Counted from the first letter of the stretch, positions 36,962 through 47,759 are shown. The stretch: 63,920 nucleotides of DNA from an uncultured bacterium (GCA_964534375.1 CAZHPN010000008.1:1-63920); one strand, 5' to 3'. Program-made: numbers and translations. The notes: a model not told the origin generated them from the sequence alone.

Positions 36962-39900
36962 CTACGATCCGCAGCCGGCGGAATGCAGGCCGCCTGTCGA
37001 GGTCGCGCTCGACGCATCCGGATCCCCTTGCGGTTCCGGGCCGTCCAGTTGCGAGGTGAACGACAGCATCCGCGCGATCGCAGCCGCGACGGCCTTTTGC
37101 TGGTCCGGCGACAGCGCCCCGGCCGTCAATTGATGGTTGACGTCCGCCGCGGCGAACCAAGCCGGGATGTAACCCGGGCCCTGATACGGATGATCGTCGC
37201 CCACCGAGACCCAAATGGCGCCGGTCACGGCGTACGGATACGACGGGTGCACGCGCTGCACCAGGCTGCCGTCGCCGACCTGCGGCAAGAGGTTGCCGAT
37301 GCCGATCCAGTTTTGCAGCATTTGGTTGACGCCGAGGAGCAGCGTGTCGGTGAGTTCGATGTAGACGCCGTCGACATCTTGATTGACCGGCGACATGCCC
37401 TGGTAACCGATCGCGATGACGTTGAACACGGTGTCGCGTTCCAGCGTGCAGTTGACGGCGCCGTCAAAGCGGATGACCTGATCGGAACCGGCGAGTTGGG
37501 CGTCGGCGGTGTCGCAGCCCAGTTGAATCGACGGATTCACGTCGGCGCCGATTTCGCCGACCAAATTGCCGTTGCCGTAGATTTCCAGCCGGTTCAGCGA
37601 CATCCATTGCGGCGCTTGCGCCTTGATGCGCACGCTGACGACGCCGCTCTCCGAGACGACGTTCGAGCCGATCGGGTGGCCGTCGACCCAGAGTTCGACG
37701 AACGGCCCGGTCGTCGCCATGGTGCGGCCGGCCTTGATGTTCGTCGCCAATTGGTTCGGATCGACGAACCGCGACTCGTCGACCGTCGACATTACGTACG
37801 TGCGCACCTTGCCGGCTTCGATGCCGGCCGTCTGGTCCGACATGTTGTGCGAATCGGAATTGCCCATCGGCGCCACGCGGTGGCCGGTCACCAGGAGCGT
37901 GAAGTAGTCGTCGACCATGCCCAGGTTGTAATTGTGCATCAGCAATTGGCCGCTGGCGATGCGGACCTGTTCGTCGGCGGTGCGAATCAGCACCGGCAAC
38001 AGCGGCGAATCCGTCGGCATGGGTTGGCCGAATTCGTCTTTGGTGATCTCCTCCTCGGTCGCCGTGCGCATGCTCGTCAGGCGCTTGCCGTTGATGACTT
38101 CCATCGCGTCGAAATTCCAACTGAAATTCGGCTCGCCGTTGTTCGAATAGAATTCTCCGTGGTTCACCACCGGGTCGCCCAGCGTCATGATGTCCGGCGC
38201 GCCGAACCCGCCGGTGTACTGCAGGTAACCGAACGACCGCAGGTAACCGGTGAACGTCTCACGGGAGTGATTCACGACCACCACCGGATCCTGCGAAATC
38301 AGGGAACGATCGCCGGCCTTGCGCAATGCCGTGAAGATATCCTGCGGCGTGTAGTAGGGGTACGGCGTGCCGTCCGGCATCTTGCCGGTCGGGCTCTGGT
38401 TGCGCCAGTTCGGGGCCCCATTGGAAACCATGGCTTGATTCCAAACCAGCGGATACGAATTGAAGTGCCCGTATTGCATTTGCGACAGTTCCACGCCGGA
38501 CATGATGTAGAGATTGTTCAATGCGTTGAGTTGGTCCAAATAGGGCCGTTCGTTGACGATGAAGTCGTGATCGGTGCCGGCGATTACGTCGAGGCCCGCG
38601 CACATGGCGGACAAGACGCGGTTCAGCACCGAGGTGCCGCTGTCGGGCGACAATTCGGTGTGCGTGTGCAGGTCGGCCGCCAGCCAGCCGGCGGTGTCGA
38701 CGACGCGCGCAATCTTCATGTTCACGTTGACCGTTTGCTCCGACGTGACGGTGACCATTTGCTGGTCCGTCGAATATTCGGGACCGCGGTTGGCGACCAG
38801 GCGGTACTGCCCGGGGGGCAGCGTGAATGTGCCCGTGCCGTTCGCGCTATATTGATCGTACGCCTCGTTGGCAGGAAGGAATCCCTCGCCGTCGGAGCCG
38901 TCGCCGAGGAACGGATCGGGTTGCGCCTGCTGGTTCGCGCCAAACACCGTCACGCGGCACGGCTGATTGATGCCGGACCGCGGCGTCTGCGGCAGGTTGT
39001 CGGTGCTGGACACGTTGAAACTGATCGTTCCGGTCGCGGGCAGAAAGAGCGACACGTTCAAATTCTCGCCGGGGCGGACGTGAATCGGCAGCAAGTCGCT
39101 GCGGACGTGGCCCGGTCCGAACGCCATCAAGATGTACGATTCTTCCTCGTCGCCGGGGAACACCGGCAAGTTGCCGTCGAACTCCGCGTCAAAGAGCGTG
39201 GTCAAGTGGCTGGAATCGGTGTGAAAGCGGCTGTAGGCCATCAGCCGGTTGCTCGAGACCGCGCCGACCTCCATCGAGCCCAGGTATTGGTTCATCTCGT
39301 CGTAGGTTTTGGTCATCGGCACGAGATCGCCGTTGGCGAGGCGCGGATGCTTGAACACGACCACGTACGAGCCGGAAACCGGGGCTCCCTTGCCCGCGTC
39401 GAACACGTGGCCGGCAACGTGCGCCGACTCCCAGCCCTTTAGTGGAATCACATCGTTGAGCACGCCGGCCGCGTCGCACTCGGTGACGATGAAATAGCGC
39501 GTGTACGAGAAGCTGTCGCCCGGCTGGGGCAACGCGTAGCCGTCCACCGCGATCTTCTGGAAGCCGACGGTCAGGAAACTTTCCATGAACGGAAACACGA
39601 TCGGCGAGTCGGGGGAAACGAGCCCGTAGCTGACCTTGGCGCCCACACCCGCCGTCCAATCGACCATGAACGGCGCGGTCAGCATCGAAATGCCTTTTTC
39701 GAATTCGTCCTGAATCTGCCAATCCGGCGAAAAGCCGAACACGTCCGGCCCCAGCATCGCCAGCGAACTGCCGAAAAACACGGCGTCGCCGAATTCGTTG
39801 TTGGTGATCATCCCCGTGACCACATTGTCGCTCGGGGTGAGCGGCCGCAACGGCACCTGGCGGAGTTGCGACGGCACGCTGCCGTCCTTATTGAGCACGA

Positions 39901-40495
39901 TGAAACTCGTCGTGATCTCGACGTGATTCTGTCCCTTGTGCAGCGTGTAGGTCGTCTGTGTCTGCATCGGCAGCATGTTCAGCGGCGTGGGCAAGAGGCG
40001 GAGGATCTGGATCGCGTTGGTGAGCACGCCCGTGATCTTGACGCTCGCCTGGTCGCTGTCCGCGCCGCCGCCGGCATCGACGATGTCGACCGCGTCGCCC
40101 GCGACGCGCAGCACCGGCGCCGACCCGGGAATCGTTTGGATGCCCGCCATTTTGACGTCGATCAGCGGCAGCAACTCGACCAGTTCGTCCTGGCCGGGAA
40201 GCGCGGGGGAGAAGTAATTCTCGACGCGCTGGATGTCGGCATCCACCAGGCCGCCGCCGCTTTTGACGGTGTTCGGATCCGTCGGATGGGCGTTGATCAG
40301 CAGGCGAATCTTGTCGTTTTCGATGATCACGTCGCCGACGCGGCCGACCGCTTTCGGGCCGCCGATCAACTGCGCGCGCGATGTGACGCGGTAGGCATGC
40401 GGGACGCCGAAATTCGACGGCCCGTACTGGCACGTGACCAACAGGCCGAGCAACAAGACACACGCCCCCACCCGAACCAAGCGCCGCGTATTCAT
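36962..40495 (-). CDS. Large lipoprotein, CehA/McbA-like PHP metallohydrolase
   Basis: GGAGG RBS; lipobox-like LVTC; ADLHTH, TDHD, GVE, GHFNSYP, NHSR, NSDSH. Confidence 0.82.
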   Translation of the reverse strand: MNTRRLVRVGACVLLLGLLVTCQYGPSNFGVPHAYRVTSRAQLIGGPKAVGRVGDVIIENDKIRLLINAHPTDPNTVKSGGGLVDADIQRVENYFSPALPGQDELVELLPLIDVKMAGIQTIPGSAPVLRVAGDAVDIVDAGGGADSDQASVKITGVLTNAIQILRLLPTPLNMLPMQTQTTYTLHKGQNHVEITTSFIVLNKDGSVPSQLRQVPLRPLTPSDNVVTGMITNNEFGDAVFFGSSLAMLGPDVFGFSPDWQIQDEFEKGISMLTAPFMVDWTAGVGAKVSYGLVSPDSPIVFPFMESFLTVGFQKIAVDGYALPQPGDSFSYTRYFIVTECDAAGVLNDVIPLKGWESAHVAGHVFDAGKGAPVSGSYVVVFKHPRLANGDLVPMTKTYDEMNQYLGSMEVGAVSSNRLMAYSRFHTDSSHLTTLFDAEFDGNLPVFPGDEEESYILMAFGPGHVRSDLLPIHVRPGENLNVSLFLPATGTISFNVSSTDNLPQTPRSGINQPCRVTVFGANQQAQPDPFLGDGSDGEGFLPANEAYDQYSANGTGTFTLPPGQYRLVANRGPEYSTDQQMVTVTSEQTVNVNMKIARVVDTAGWLAADLHTHTELSPDSGTSVLNRVLSAMCAGLDVIAGTDHDFIVNERPYLDQLNALNNLYIMSGVELSQMQYGHFNSYPLVWNQAMVSNGAPNWRNQSPTGKMPDGTPYPYYTPQDIFTALRKAGDRSLISQDPVVVVNHSRETFTGYLRSFGYLQYTGGFGAPDIMTLGDPVVNHGEFYSNNGEPNFSWNFDAMEVINGKRLTSMRTATEEEITKDEFGQPMPTDSPLLPVLIRTADEQVRIASGQLLMHNYNLGMVDDYFTLLVTGHRVAPMGNSDSHNMSDQTAGIEAGKVRTYVMSTVDESRFVDPNQLATNIKAGRTMATTGPFVELWVDGHPIGSNVVSESGVVSVRIKAQAPQWMSLNRLEIYGNGNLVGEIGADVNPSIQLGCDTADAQLAGSDQVIRFDGAVNCTLERDTVFNVIAIGYQGMSPVNQDVDGVYIELTDTLLLGVNQMLQNWIGIGNLLPQVGDGSLVQRVHPSYPYAVTGAIWVSVGDDHPYQGPGYIPAWFAAADVNHQLTAGALSPDQQKAVAAAIARMLSFTSQLDGPEPQGDPDASSATSTGGLHSAGCGS

Positions 40496-40792
40496 TGCTG
40501 TCCTCCGAGGCGTCGCGGCCGAAAACGGCCGGAAAAACGCCGACGAACCTCTACCGCCTTCGTGTTGTGAGAGCATGTAAACTTTGTTAGGAAATTGCAA
40601 GAAAGGGCTGCGGCGGCGCCGCGACGGGAGCACCGGGGCCGCCGCCGCGCAAATGTTGAGAAATTGTTAGCCGACTGTGCGTTTTCTGCTTACGGCGCGA
40701 AATTCGTTGTTTTTCTTTTCCAATGTGCTAAATGTGGCGCGTTTTTTCGATATTTGCGCGGCGAACGCGGTCGTCGGCAAGGGGTCTACGCC

Positions 40793-43108
40793 ATGCGGAA
40801 CAATCGGTTTCTCCCGGCTTTCGTGTTTCTGATCCTCCTGGCCGGATGCGCTCGGCCCGAAAAGCTTCGCGCGCCCTGGGACAATAGCCCCCCCGCCCCC
40901 AATGGGCCCGCGCCCGAAGTCACGATCGTGCAAATCCGCGGCAATTCCGGCGACATCGCGATCGATTTCCAGTTGACCCCGGTCGAGCCGCTTTCGTGCG
41001 AAGTCGCGCTGTCGTACACCGGCGGCTGCGCCGGCGCCGGATGGCGCCCGGCGGACACGGGCGGCGCAACCCGGAATCTGGCGCCCGGCAACCACTCGCT
41101 GGTTTGGCATAGCTGGGATCAAGAGGCCGGCTGCTCCGGCACAGTGCAATTGCGCCTCGAGACGACCCTCGGAGTGCAAGTCGAATCCGATGCCTTCGCG
41201 CTCGACAACACCGGCGCCGGGCAAGACGGTTTCGTCGAGTTGCCGCCGTTCAACCAGCAGGGCGTCCAACCCGACGAATACCCGGTCTACGAGCGGGCGC
41301 TGACGGCGTTGCTCGCCAGTCCGTACGTCGATTTTGTGGCGACGCGCACCGTCGGCGGGTACGAAGTTCACGCGGCGCGAGGTTCGGTCCTGTTCCATCG
41401 CGACCAGGACTACCAGGGCTATCATTTCACCGTGGACTCGGTCGACGGCGTGAATCCGCTCGGGACGCAGGATCCGCAGGCGTTTCCGACCTACGCGGCG
41501 GAACTGGCCGCGGGGCAGAATCCGAACAACGTCTCGCTGCCGCAGGACGGCTATCCGGCCAACGACCCGCGGCTGTCGTTTATCGAGCCCGAAAACGATT
41601 CGTATCCGTTCGCCTACCAGCGGCTCGCCGCCTACTTCGACAACCCGAATGCAGCCAACATCATGATTAATTGGAAAGGCTACGCGCACGCCGACACGTC
41701 GCTCGGCTACCAAAGCAGCCTCAACATCGTGCAAAGCCGCACTCCGCTGATCCTGTGGGGGGCCGGCGTGCAGCCCGGCGCGATCGTCGGGGCCTACCAA
41801 GACATCGACATCGCGCCGACCGTCGCCGCCCTGCTCGACCTCAAGAAAACCTACGGCGTGGACAAACGCGGAATTTACTCGCACGACGTGTACTTGACGT
41901 GGCAGGACGGCGATGTGATCGCCGAGGCGCTCAACGGCAAGCGGTCCGAACGCGTGTTCGTGCTCGTGATCGACGGGCTGTCGTTCACCGAGGTGCTGCG
42001 GCAGGCGAACGCCGGTGGCGCGACGAAGATTCCCAACATCGTCCGCTTGATGAATGAAGGCGCGTCCGCCGAGTACGGGCTGACGGCCGGCTACCCGAGC
42101 GTGTCGATGGTCAACAAGAACACGATCGGCTCGGGCATGTACGGCGGGCACCACGGCGTCATCGACAATCAATATTACGATCGCGCCACCGAGAAAACGT
42201 TGACGCCGGTGAACGACCTCCTGTTCATGGGCAAGTACTTTACGCCGCTCGGCCCGGGCGAGACGATCCACGATACGATCCACCGCAGCCTCGGCGATTG
42301 GAATTCGCGGCACGGCACGGGGGCGATCACTGCGGCGCTGTTCGATCCGTGCATGGCCGGCGCCGACAAGGCCGACCTCGAACTGCTCGACCGCACGCAC
42401 CAGAGCCCGTTCCCGCCGCTGTTCCAGAAAAAATACCCGGAAGGCGTGGCCGGTCCCGATTTGTCCAGCGGCGACATCGACATCTTCGGCAATCAGATTC
42501 TCGAATGGAGCGGCATGGTCGAACTGTGGGACCTGCTGTTCAACGGCGTCACCCCACCGCCGACCTACGTCCAGTTCGATTTCCTCGTCACGGACACGGC
42601 CGGCCATCTGCAGGGCCCGCACGGCGACGTGATGGAAGACGTCCTGCCGCACATCGATCAGAACATCGGGCTGATTCTCAGTTGGCTCGAACAACTCAAC
42701 CTCGACCAAACGACGACGATCGTCCTCACGTCCGACCACGGCATGGAGCTCGGCGATCCGTCGCGCAGCGGTTCGCCAACCGACGCGCTGACGACGGCGA
42801 ACATCGATTTCGAGTCCGGCACGGACCTCGCGATCTACTTCCGGATGATGACCGCCGCGTTCACGCCTTCGGCCGTGCCCAAGCACGTCTACCAACTTGT
42901 CCGCATGGGCGTGACGAACCGCGACAACAACGCGCCGATCAAGGACGCGGCCGTCACCGCCACCGACGGCGTGTCCACCTTGACGGCCGTCACCGACGAC
43001 TCCGGCTACACGGAATTCGGCATCACCGCGGTCGGGCCGGTGACCGTAACGATCGAGGCGACGGGCTTCAATACGCGCCAATACCTGTTGCCGGCGACGA
43101 AGGAGTAA
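40793..43108 (+). CDS. Lipoprotein, alkaline phosphatase / nucleotide pyrophosphatase family (permuted motif order)
   Basis: Lipobox LAGC; DIAPTVAALL precedes VLVIDG, DTAGH, LTSDHG. Confidence 0.8.
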   Translation: MRNNRFLPAFVFLILLAGCARPEKLRAPWDNSPPAPNGPAPEVTIVQIRGNSGDIAIDFQLTPVEPLSCEVALSYTGGCAGAGWRPADTGGATRNLAPGNHSLVWHSWDQEAGCSGTVQLRLETTLGVQVESDAFALDNTGAGQDGFVELPPFNQQGVQPDEYPVYERALTALLASPYVDFVATRTVGGYEVHAARGSVLFHRDQDYQGYHFTVDSVDGVNPLGTQDPQAFPTYAAELAAGQNPNNVSLPQDGYPANDPRLSFIEPENDSYPFAYQRLAAYFDNPNAANIMINWKGYAHADTSLGYQSSLNIVQSRTPLILWGAGVQPGAIVGAYQDIDIAPTVAALLDLKKTYGVDKRGIYSHDVYLTWQDGDVIAEALNGKRSERVFVLVIDGLSFTEVLRQANAGGATKIPNIVRLMNEGASAEYGLTAGYPSVSMVNKNTIGSGMYGGHHGVIDNQYYDRATEKTLTPVNDLLFMGKYFTPLGPGETIHDTIHRSLGDWNSRHGTGAITAALFDPCMAGADKADLELLDRTHQSPFPPLFQKKYPEGVAGPDLSSGDIDIFGNQILEWSGMVELWDLLFNGVTPPPTYVQFDFLVTDTAGHLQGPHGDVMEDVLPHIDQNIGLILSWLEQLNLDQTTTIVLTSDHGMELGDPSRSGSPTDALTTANIDFESGTDLAIYFRMMTAAFTPSAVPKHVYQLVRMGVTNRDNNAPIKDAAVTATDGVSTLTAVTDDSGYTEFGITAVGPVTVTIEATGFNTRQYLLPATKE

Positions 43109-43112
43109 GACC

Positions 43113-45785
43113 ATGAGCAAGCGCTTGGCGTGGATCGGGCTGATGCTCGCGCTCGCGCTCGCCGCGTGCGCGCGGGGGGCCGGCCCGACGCCGGCGGCGC
43201 CGGCCGATCCGATCGGCGTGCCCGTGAGCCAGACGCTGGCGGAGACGGGCCTGCAAGACACGGTCGACGCGCTGGTCGACACCTGGGACATTCCGCACAT
43301 CTATGCGCGCAACGACCACGACGCCTTTTTCGTGCAGGGCTATCTTGCCGCCGCCGATCGCTTCGGCCAGATGGATTTCGCCCGCCGGCTGGCGCAAGGC
43401 CGCGTCAGCGAATTCCTCGGCCAGTTGCCGCTGGTCGGCCCGCTGGTGGCGTTGATCATCTCGCGCGACACAGATCTGTTCTTCCGCACGATCTTCATGG
43501 GCCGCGATGGCCTGCCGATCCTCGACCACATGGAAGCGCAACTGAACGAGCGCTCCCTCGCCGTTTTGCAGGCCTACGCCGACGGCGTGAACGCCTGGTG
43601 GCACGACGTGCTGACGCAGCGCTACAGCCAGAGCGCGCCACCGTCGTTCAGCGGCTTGATTGAAGTCGATCTGACGCTCGTGCCGGCGTGGACGGTGCGC
43701 GATTCGCTCTCGATCCTGCTGCTCGCCGAGTGGGCAGCGACCAATCCCGTCGACGAAGAACTCGCGATGGGCCAGGCGCTCACCGCGCTGCAACCCGCGC
43801 AAGTGATCGATTTCTTCCGCCTGCAGCCGGCCGATCCAACGACGGTGCTGCCGGCCGCCGGCGGCGCGGCCGGGCCGCTCGCGCCCGACCCGGCGGCCAT
43901 CGCGGCGGTTCTCACGCCGGCCGCGAAGGCGATCAAAGCCGCGCGCAACGCGCTCGCCGATGGCCTCAACAACCTCGCCGAGCCGGGGCGTCACTCCGAC
44001 AACTGGGCGGTCGACGGCAAGCACGCGGCCGATGGCGCGGCGCTGCTGGCGACCGATCAGCACGGCGGCCTGCTCAACCCGACGTTCTGGCGGCTCAGCC
44101 ATCTCGACAGCGTCACGCTCGGCAGCGGTTCGGTGCGCGCCGCGGGTCTGAGCGCGCCGGCGATGCCGGGCGTGCAGCTCGGCCACAACGCCAAGGTCGG
44201 CTGGACGGCTTCGACCGCCGGGTACGACGCGGTGGACGCCTACATCGAAACCCAGGCGTCGGGCAATCCGCAGGCAGTGATGCGCAACGGCCAGGCCGTG
44301 CCGCTGACGCAAGTGGCGGTCTCGATCGGCCTGGACATGACCGGCAAGTGGCCGCCCTCGCAAGAGACGATTCAGATCTCGCCGTATCACGGGCCGGTGC
44401 TGCCCGAATCCTGCGCCAACGGCTACTGCGTCTCGCTCGCCTGGACGGGCGCCGACTCGGGCCAGGAAATCAACGCGCTGATCGACCTCTTGTTCGTCGA
44501 CAACGTGGCGTCGGGGTTGAACGCGGTTGCCGGCTATCGGCACGGCGCCGCCAACTGGATTCTCGCGGACGCCGCGGGGCGCATCGGCTATGCCGCGCCG
44601 GGCGCGATTCCGATTCGCGAGAATTGGCAGAACTGGCCGCCGTTCCTGCCGCTGCCCGGCGACGGCAATTACGATTGGAACGGCGAAGTTCCGGGCGACG
44701 GCAACGCGCGCCTCGAAAATCCGGCGGCGGGCTACCTCGTCGCCGCCAACAACGACATTTTCGGCGTGCTGCTGAACAACAATCCGCTGGGCGGATCGAA
44801 TTACTTCTACGGCAACGCCGATCTCGGCTATCGCGCGGGCCTCCTCGCCACGGCGCTGAAAAATGACGCGGCGACGCGGACGGTGACGCTCGCGGATATG
44901 CAGGCGCTGCAACTCGACAACGTATCTGTCGCGGCGCAGACGCTGCTCCCCTATCTGTTCGCCGCGGCGGCCGCGCGGCCCGATCTGGTCGACGCCGCCA
45001 TGAACAACGGCCTGGAAATTCTCTCGACGTGGGATTTCACCACCTTCGCCGCCGTCCCGAATCTCTATCAACCGAGCATTCCGACCCAGGAACGGATCCA
45101 GATGGCCGTGGGGGCGGCGCTCTTCCACTACTGGCTCGGTTACACGATCGAAAACACGTTCGGCAACGTGTTCAGCAAAGCGAAGCTGACGCTGCCGGGG
45201 AACGCCGCGGCCGACGGACCGCAGTTTGAAACGAAGGCGCTGGTCGAATTGCTGCAACATCCGGCGGCTTCGGCATGGGGCGCCAATCGCTGGTGGGACA
45301 GCGGCGGCAAGCCGCCGGCGGTCGTGACGAAAGAAGAAGTGCTGCTCGGCGCGCTGCAGGATGCGATTAATGCGCTCGACGGCGCGCTGGGCGCCGGCAT
45401 GAGCGGCTGGGCCTGGGGCCGCGTCCACCTGGCGACCTACAACGTCTCGATCAATTCGATGGGCCTGCCCGATTTCCTGCTGCCGCAAATCGGCCCGGTG
45501 GCGGCCGACGGCGGCGATTTCACAGTCAACCTCGGCAACACCGATTCGCTGACCGGCAAGATGACGCCCCTCGGCGGCGTCACGGCCCGCCTGACGATGG
45601 AAATCGACGGCGCCGCGAACCCGACCTGGGCCGCGCTGCCCGGCGGGCAGAGCGAACGGACCAGCAGCGCGAACTATAACGACTTGATGTCCGATTTCGG
45701 GACGGGCCGCAACGCGCCCGTTTATTTCACGCTCGAAGAAATCGCGCCGGCGACCACGGCGCGCCTTCAATTTATCCCGCGATAG
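43113..45785 (+). CDS. Penicillin acylase family (S45, Ntn-hydrolase) lipoprotein
   Basis: AAGGAG RBS; lipobox LAAC; DIPHIYA, QGYLAAADRFGQMD, SDNWAV nucleophile, PGGQS. Confidence 0.88.
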   Translation: MSKRLAWIGLMLALALAACARGAGPTPAAPADPIGVPVSQTLAETGLQDTVDALVDTWDIPHIYARNDHDAFFVQGYLAAADRFGQMDFARRLAQGRVSEFLGQLPLVGPLVALIISRDTDLFFRTIFMGRDGLPILDHMEAQLNERSLAVLQAYADGVNAWWHDVLTQRYSQSAPPSFSGLIEVDLTLVPAWTVRDSLSILLLAEWAATNPVDEELAMGQALTALQPAQVIDFFRLQPADPTTVLPAAGGAAGPLAPDPAAIAAVLTPAAKAIKAARNALADGLNNLAEPGRHSDNWAVDGKHAADGAALLATDQHGGLLNPTFWRLSHLDSVTLGSGSVRAAGLSAPAMPGVQLGHNAKVGWTASTAGYDAVDAYIETQASGNPQAVMRNGQAVPLTQVAVSIGLDMTGKWPPSQETIQISPYHGPVLPESCANGYCVSLAWTGADSGQEINALIDLLFVDNVASGLNAVAGYRHGAANWILADAAGRIGYAAPGAIPIRENWQNWPPFLPLPGDGNYDWNGEVPGDGNARLENPAAGYLVAANNDIFGVLLNNNPLGGSNYFYGNADLGYRAGLLATALKNDAATRTVTLADMQALQLDNVSVAAQTLLPYLFAAAAARPDLVDAAMNNGLEILSTWDFTTFAAVPNLYQPSIPTQERIQMAVGAALFHYWLGYTIENTFGNVFSKAKLTLPGNAAADGPQFETKALVELLQHPAASAWGANRWWDSGGKPPAVVTKEEVLLGALQDAINALDGALGAGMSGWAWGRVHLATYNVSINSMGLPDFLLPQIGPVAADGGDFTVNLGNTDSLTGKMTPLGGVTARLTMEIDGAANPTWAALPGGQSERTSSANYNDLMSDFGTGRNAPVYFTLEEIAPATTARLQFIPR

Positions 45786-45803
45786 CGGGGCGCAGGAGGT
45801 TCT

Positions 45804-46982
45804 ATGTTGCGTCGCGTGGCTTTCGTGTTGACGACAGCGGTGTCTTTGCTCGCCTGCGTCGCGGCGGCGTTCGCCGCGGATGCGGCGGGTCCGGCGGTAG
45901 TGCCCTATGGCGCGGTGCTGGCGGCCTACACGCCGTACAATCAAATGCCGGTCAATAACGCCATCACCTACCCCGGCTCGCCGACGAACGAACGCGGGTT
46001 CCGGCTCGTCAACGCGGAACTCGGCGCCGTCGGCATGCCGTATTGGGATTGGCTGACGATCGTCGTTTCCGGCGAGGCCGAGCAGAATTCGAACGGCACG
46101 TACGGGCTGGCCATGGAAAACGCGTACGTCAAGATCGCCTATCTGCCCGACGCGCTGAAAGGCGGCCCGTTCCAGGCCACCCACGGCATCACGGTCGGCG
46201 CGATGAAGATTCCCTTCTCGGAGCAGAGCCTGCAATCGCTGAACATGCTGCAGTTCATCCGCATGGCGGTGGCGACCGAACAAATGCCGATTCAGTACGA
46301 CATCGGCGCGACCCTCGACGCCGATTACAGGGTCTTGCAGGATATGCTCAACGTGAACCTGCGCTTCGGCGGGTTCGACGGCGCCGGGAACATGGTCTAT
46401 GGGCCCGACAACAACGCCAGCCTGCAGTACGTCGGCCGCGCCCGCGTCGACTTGCTGCACAAGCCGCCGCCGGGCGAAGGCGCCACCGACACCGATCTGT
46501 GGGACACGTGCCGGGGCAAAGTCGAGTTGCCGCACATCGGTTTGGGCTATTCGCAGTTGCAAAACAACGATCTCGCGCGGGTGGTCAAGGCGTGGGACTT
46601 GGAAGCCGACATCGCCTGGGCCGGCATTTCGATCAGCGGCGAGTACATCTTCACCGATTACCGGCCGAATCTCGCGTCGACCCGCGCGACCGACGCGCTT
46701 TCCGATCACTACACCTCGGCGGGTTGGTGGGTGCAGGGCGGCGTTTTCGTCGTGCCCAAAATCGTCGAATTGGCGGCCCGCTACGAAGTATACGCCATGG
46801 ACCTGTTGGCCGAGGTGGAGCCGGTGCGCCGCATCGCCGAGACGAACCTCGGCCTGAACGTGCACATCGTCGGCAATCACAAGGCGAAATTCATGGCCGA
46901 TTACACAATTCGGCAGCAGCTCTCGGGCATGCCGCAACTGAAGAACAACAGCGTGAATCTCGCGGTGGGGATGATGTTCTAA
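45804..46982 (+). CDS. Outer-membrane porin (OprO/OprP-like)
   Basis: AGGAGG RBS; signal peptide; GAMKIPFS, amphipathic strands, terminal Phe. Confidence 0.7.
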   Translation: MLRRVAFVLTTAVSLLACVAAAFAADAAGPAVVPYGAVLAAYTPYNQMPVNNAITYPGSPTNERGFRLVNAELGAVGMPYWDWLTIVVSGEAEQNSNGTYGLAMENAYVKIAYLPDALKGGPFQATHGITVGAMKIPFSEQSLQSLNMLQFIRMAVATEQMPIQYDIGATLDADYRVLQDMLNVNLRFGGFDGAGNMVYGPDNNASLQYVGRARVDLLHKPPPGEGATDTDLWDTCRGKVELPHIGLGYSQLQNNDLARVVKAWDLEADIAWAGISISGEYIFTDYRPNLASTRATDALSDHYTSAGWWVQGGVFVVPKIVELAARYEVYAMDLLAEVEPVRRIAETNLGLNVHIVGNHKAKFMADYTIRQQLSGMPQLKNNSVNLAVGMMF

Positions 46983-47038
46983 TCCGGCGCCCGGCCGTCG
47001 CACGACAACCGGCGACGGCGATCGTTGAGACCGCCCGC

Positions 47039-47071
47039 AAAACGACGCGCCTTCGGGCGCGTCGTTTTTTT
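47039..47071. terminator. Bidirectional intrinsic terminator
   Basis: AAAACGACGCGCC-TTCG-GGCGCGTCGTTTTTTT between convergent genes. Confidence 0.9.
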
Positions 47072-47759
47072 ATGGGTGCACGCAACGTACATAGTAGCCG
47101 TCTTCGATTTCGTAGTCGGCGACGAGCCCGAAGCTGAAATCCGCAGCCCAGCCGTCGGCTGGGTCATCTCCGACTGCCAAAGACGACCAATATCGCCCGA
47201 CAGAGCCCGATAATCCCGGCGGCCAATAGGCGCCGCCCAACCCGGGACCGCCTGACTCGGGGCAGCCATTGCAGTGCACGTTCCAACAACTCGCATCCGC
47301 GCAATCGTCGGTGACGCCGCAGGAACCGCCCGTCTCCGTGGCCGCGCAGCCGCGAATCAGACTGCGAAGCTGATCGATGCCGGGCATTTGCCAACCGGTG
47401 TCGTAGCCGCCCCAATTCAGGCCCGGGCAATAAATCTCCGCCGCCCCCTGCGCAAAGTTGTCCGCCCCGACCCCGGGTCCGTTCTGCCACAGCAAGCCGG
47501 ACGTCGGATCGGTCCAGATCGGGGCCGCGTCGTTGTCGTCATCGTCGGGCGAGGCGTCGTCGTCGCTCGCGTCATCGTCAGTCGCGCTGTCGTCGTCATC
47601 GTTGTCGCCATCGGCGACGGCGTCGTCGTCGCCCGGCGATTGGCCGTCGTTGTCGTCGTCATCTGGAAGCGGAACGGCGCCGGCGCCGCCGCCGGAACCG
47701 CCGCAGGCCATCGCCGCCGACGCCAGCAGAAGCAGCAGGAACCAACGGTTGCGTTTCAT
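47070..47759 (-). CDS. DUF1566 (Lcl C-terminal-like) lipoprotein with an Asp-rich linker
   Basis: GGAGGT RBS; lipobox AMAC; WTDPTSGLLWQ, WQMP-IDQLRSL, YWSS, VRCV. Confidence 0.82.
   Translation of the reverse strand: MKRNRWFLLLLLASAAMACGGSGGGAGAVPLPDDDDNDGQSPGDDDAVADGDNDDDDSATDDDASDDDASPDDDDNDAAPIWTDPTSGLLWQNGPGVGADNFAQGAAEIYCPGLNWGGYDTGWQMPGIDQLRSLIRGCAATETGGSCGVTDDCADASCWNVHCNGCPESGGPGLGGAYWPPGLSGSVGRYWSSLAVGDDPADGWAADFSFGLVADYEIEDGYYVRCVHP

Noticed and set aside
43068..47003. 1311-aa minus-strand ORF and similar long antisense ORFs (e.g. 36893-39442, 40667-43300, 48004-50217)
   Set aside because: They shadow well-supported genes on the opposite strand, have no motifs, and are expected in high-GC DNA.
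35484..47759. Diversity-generating retroelement targeting the FGE-sulfatase or DUF1566 genes
   Set aside because: No reverse transcriptase and no template-repeat copy of either 3' end was seen in the window.
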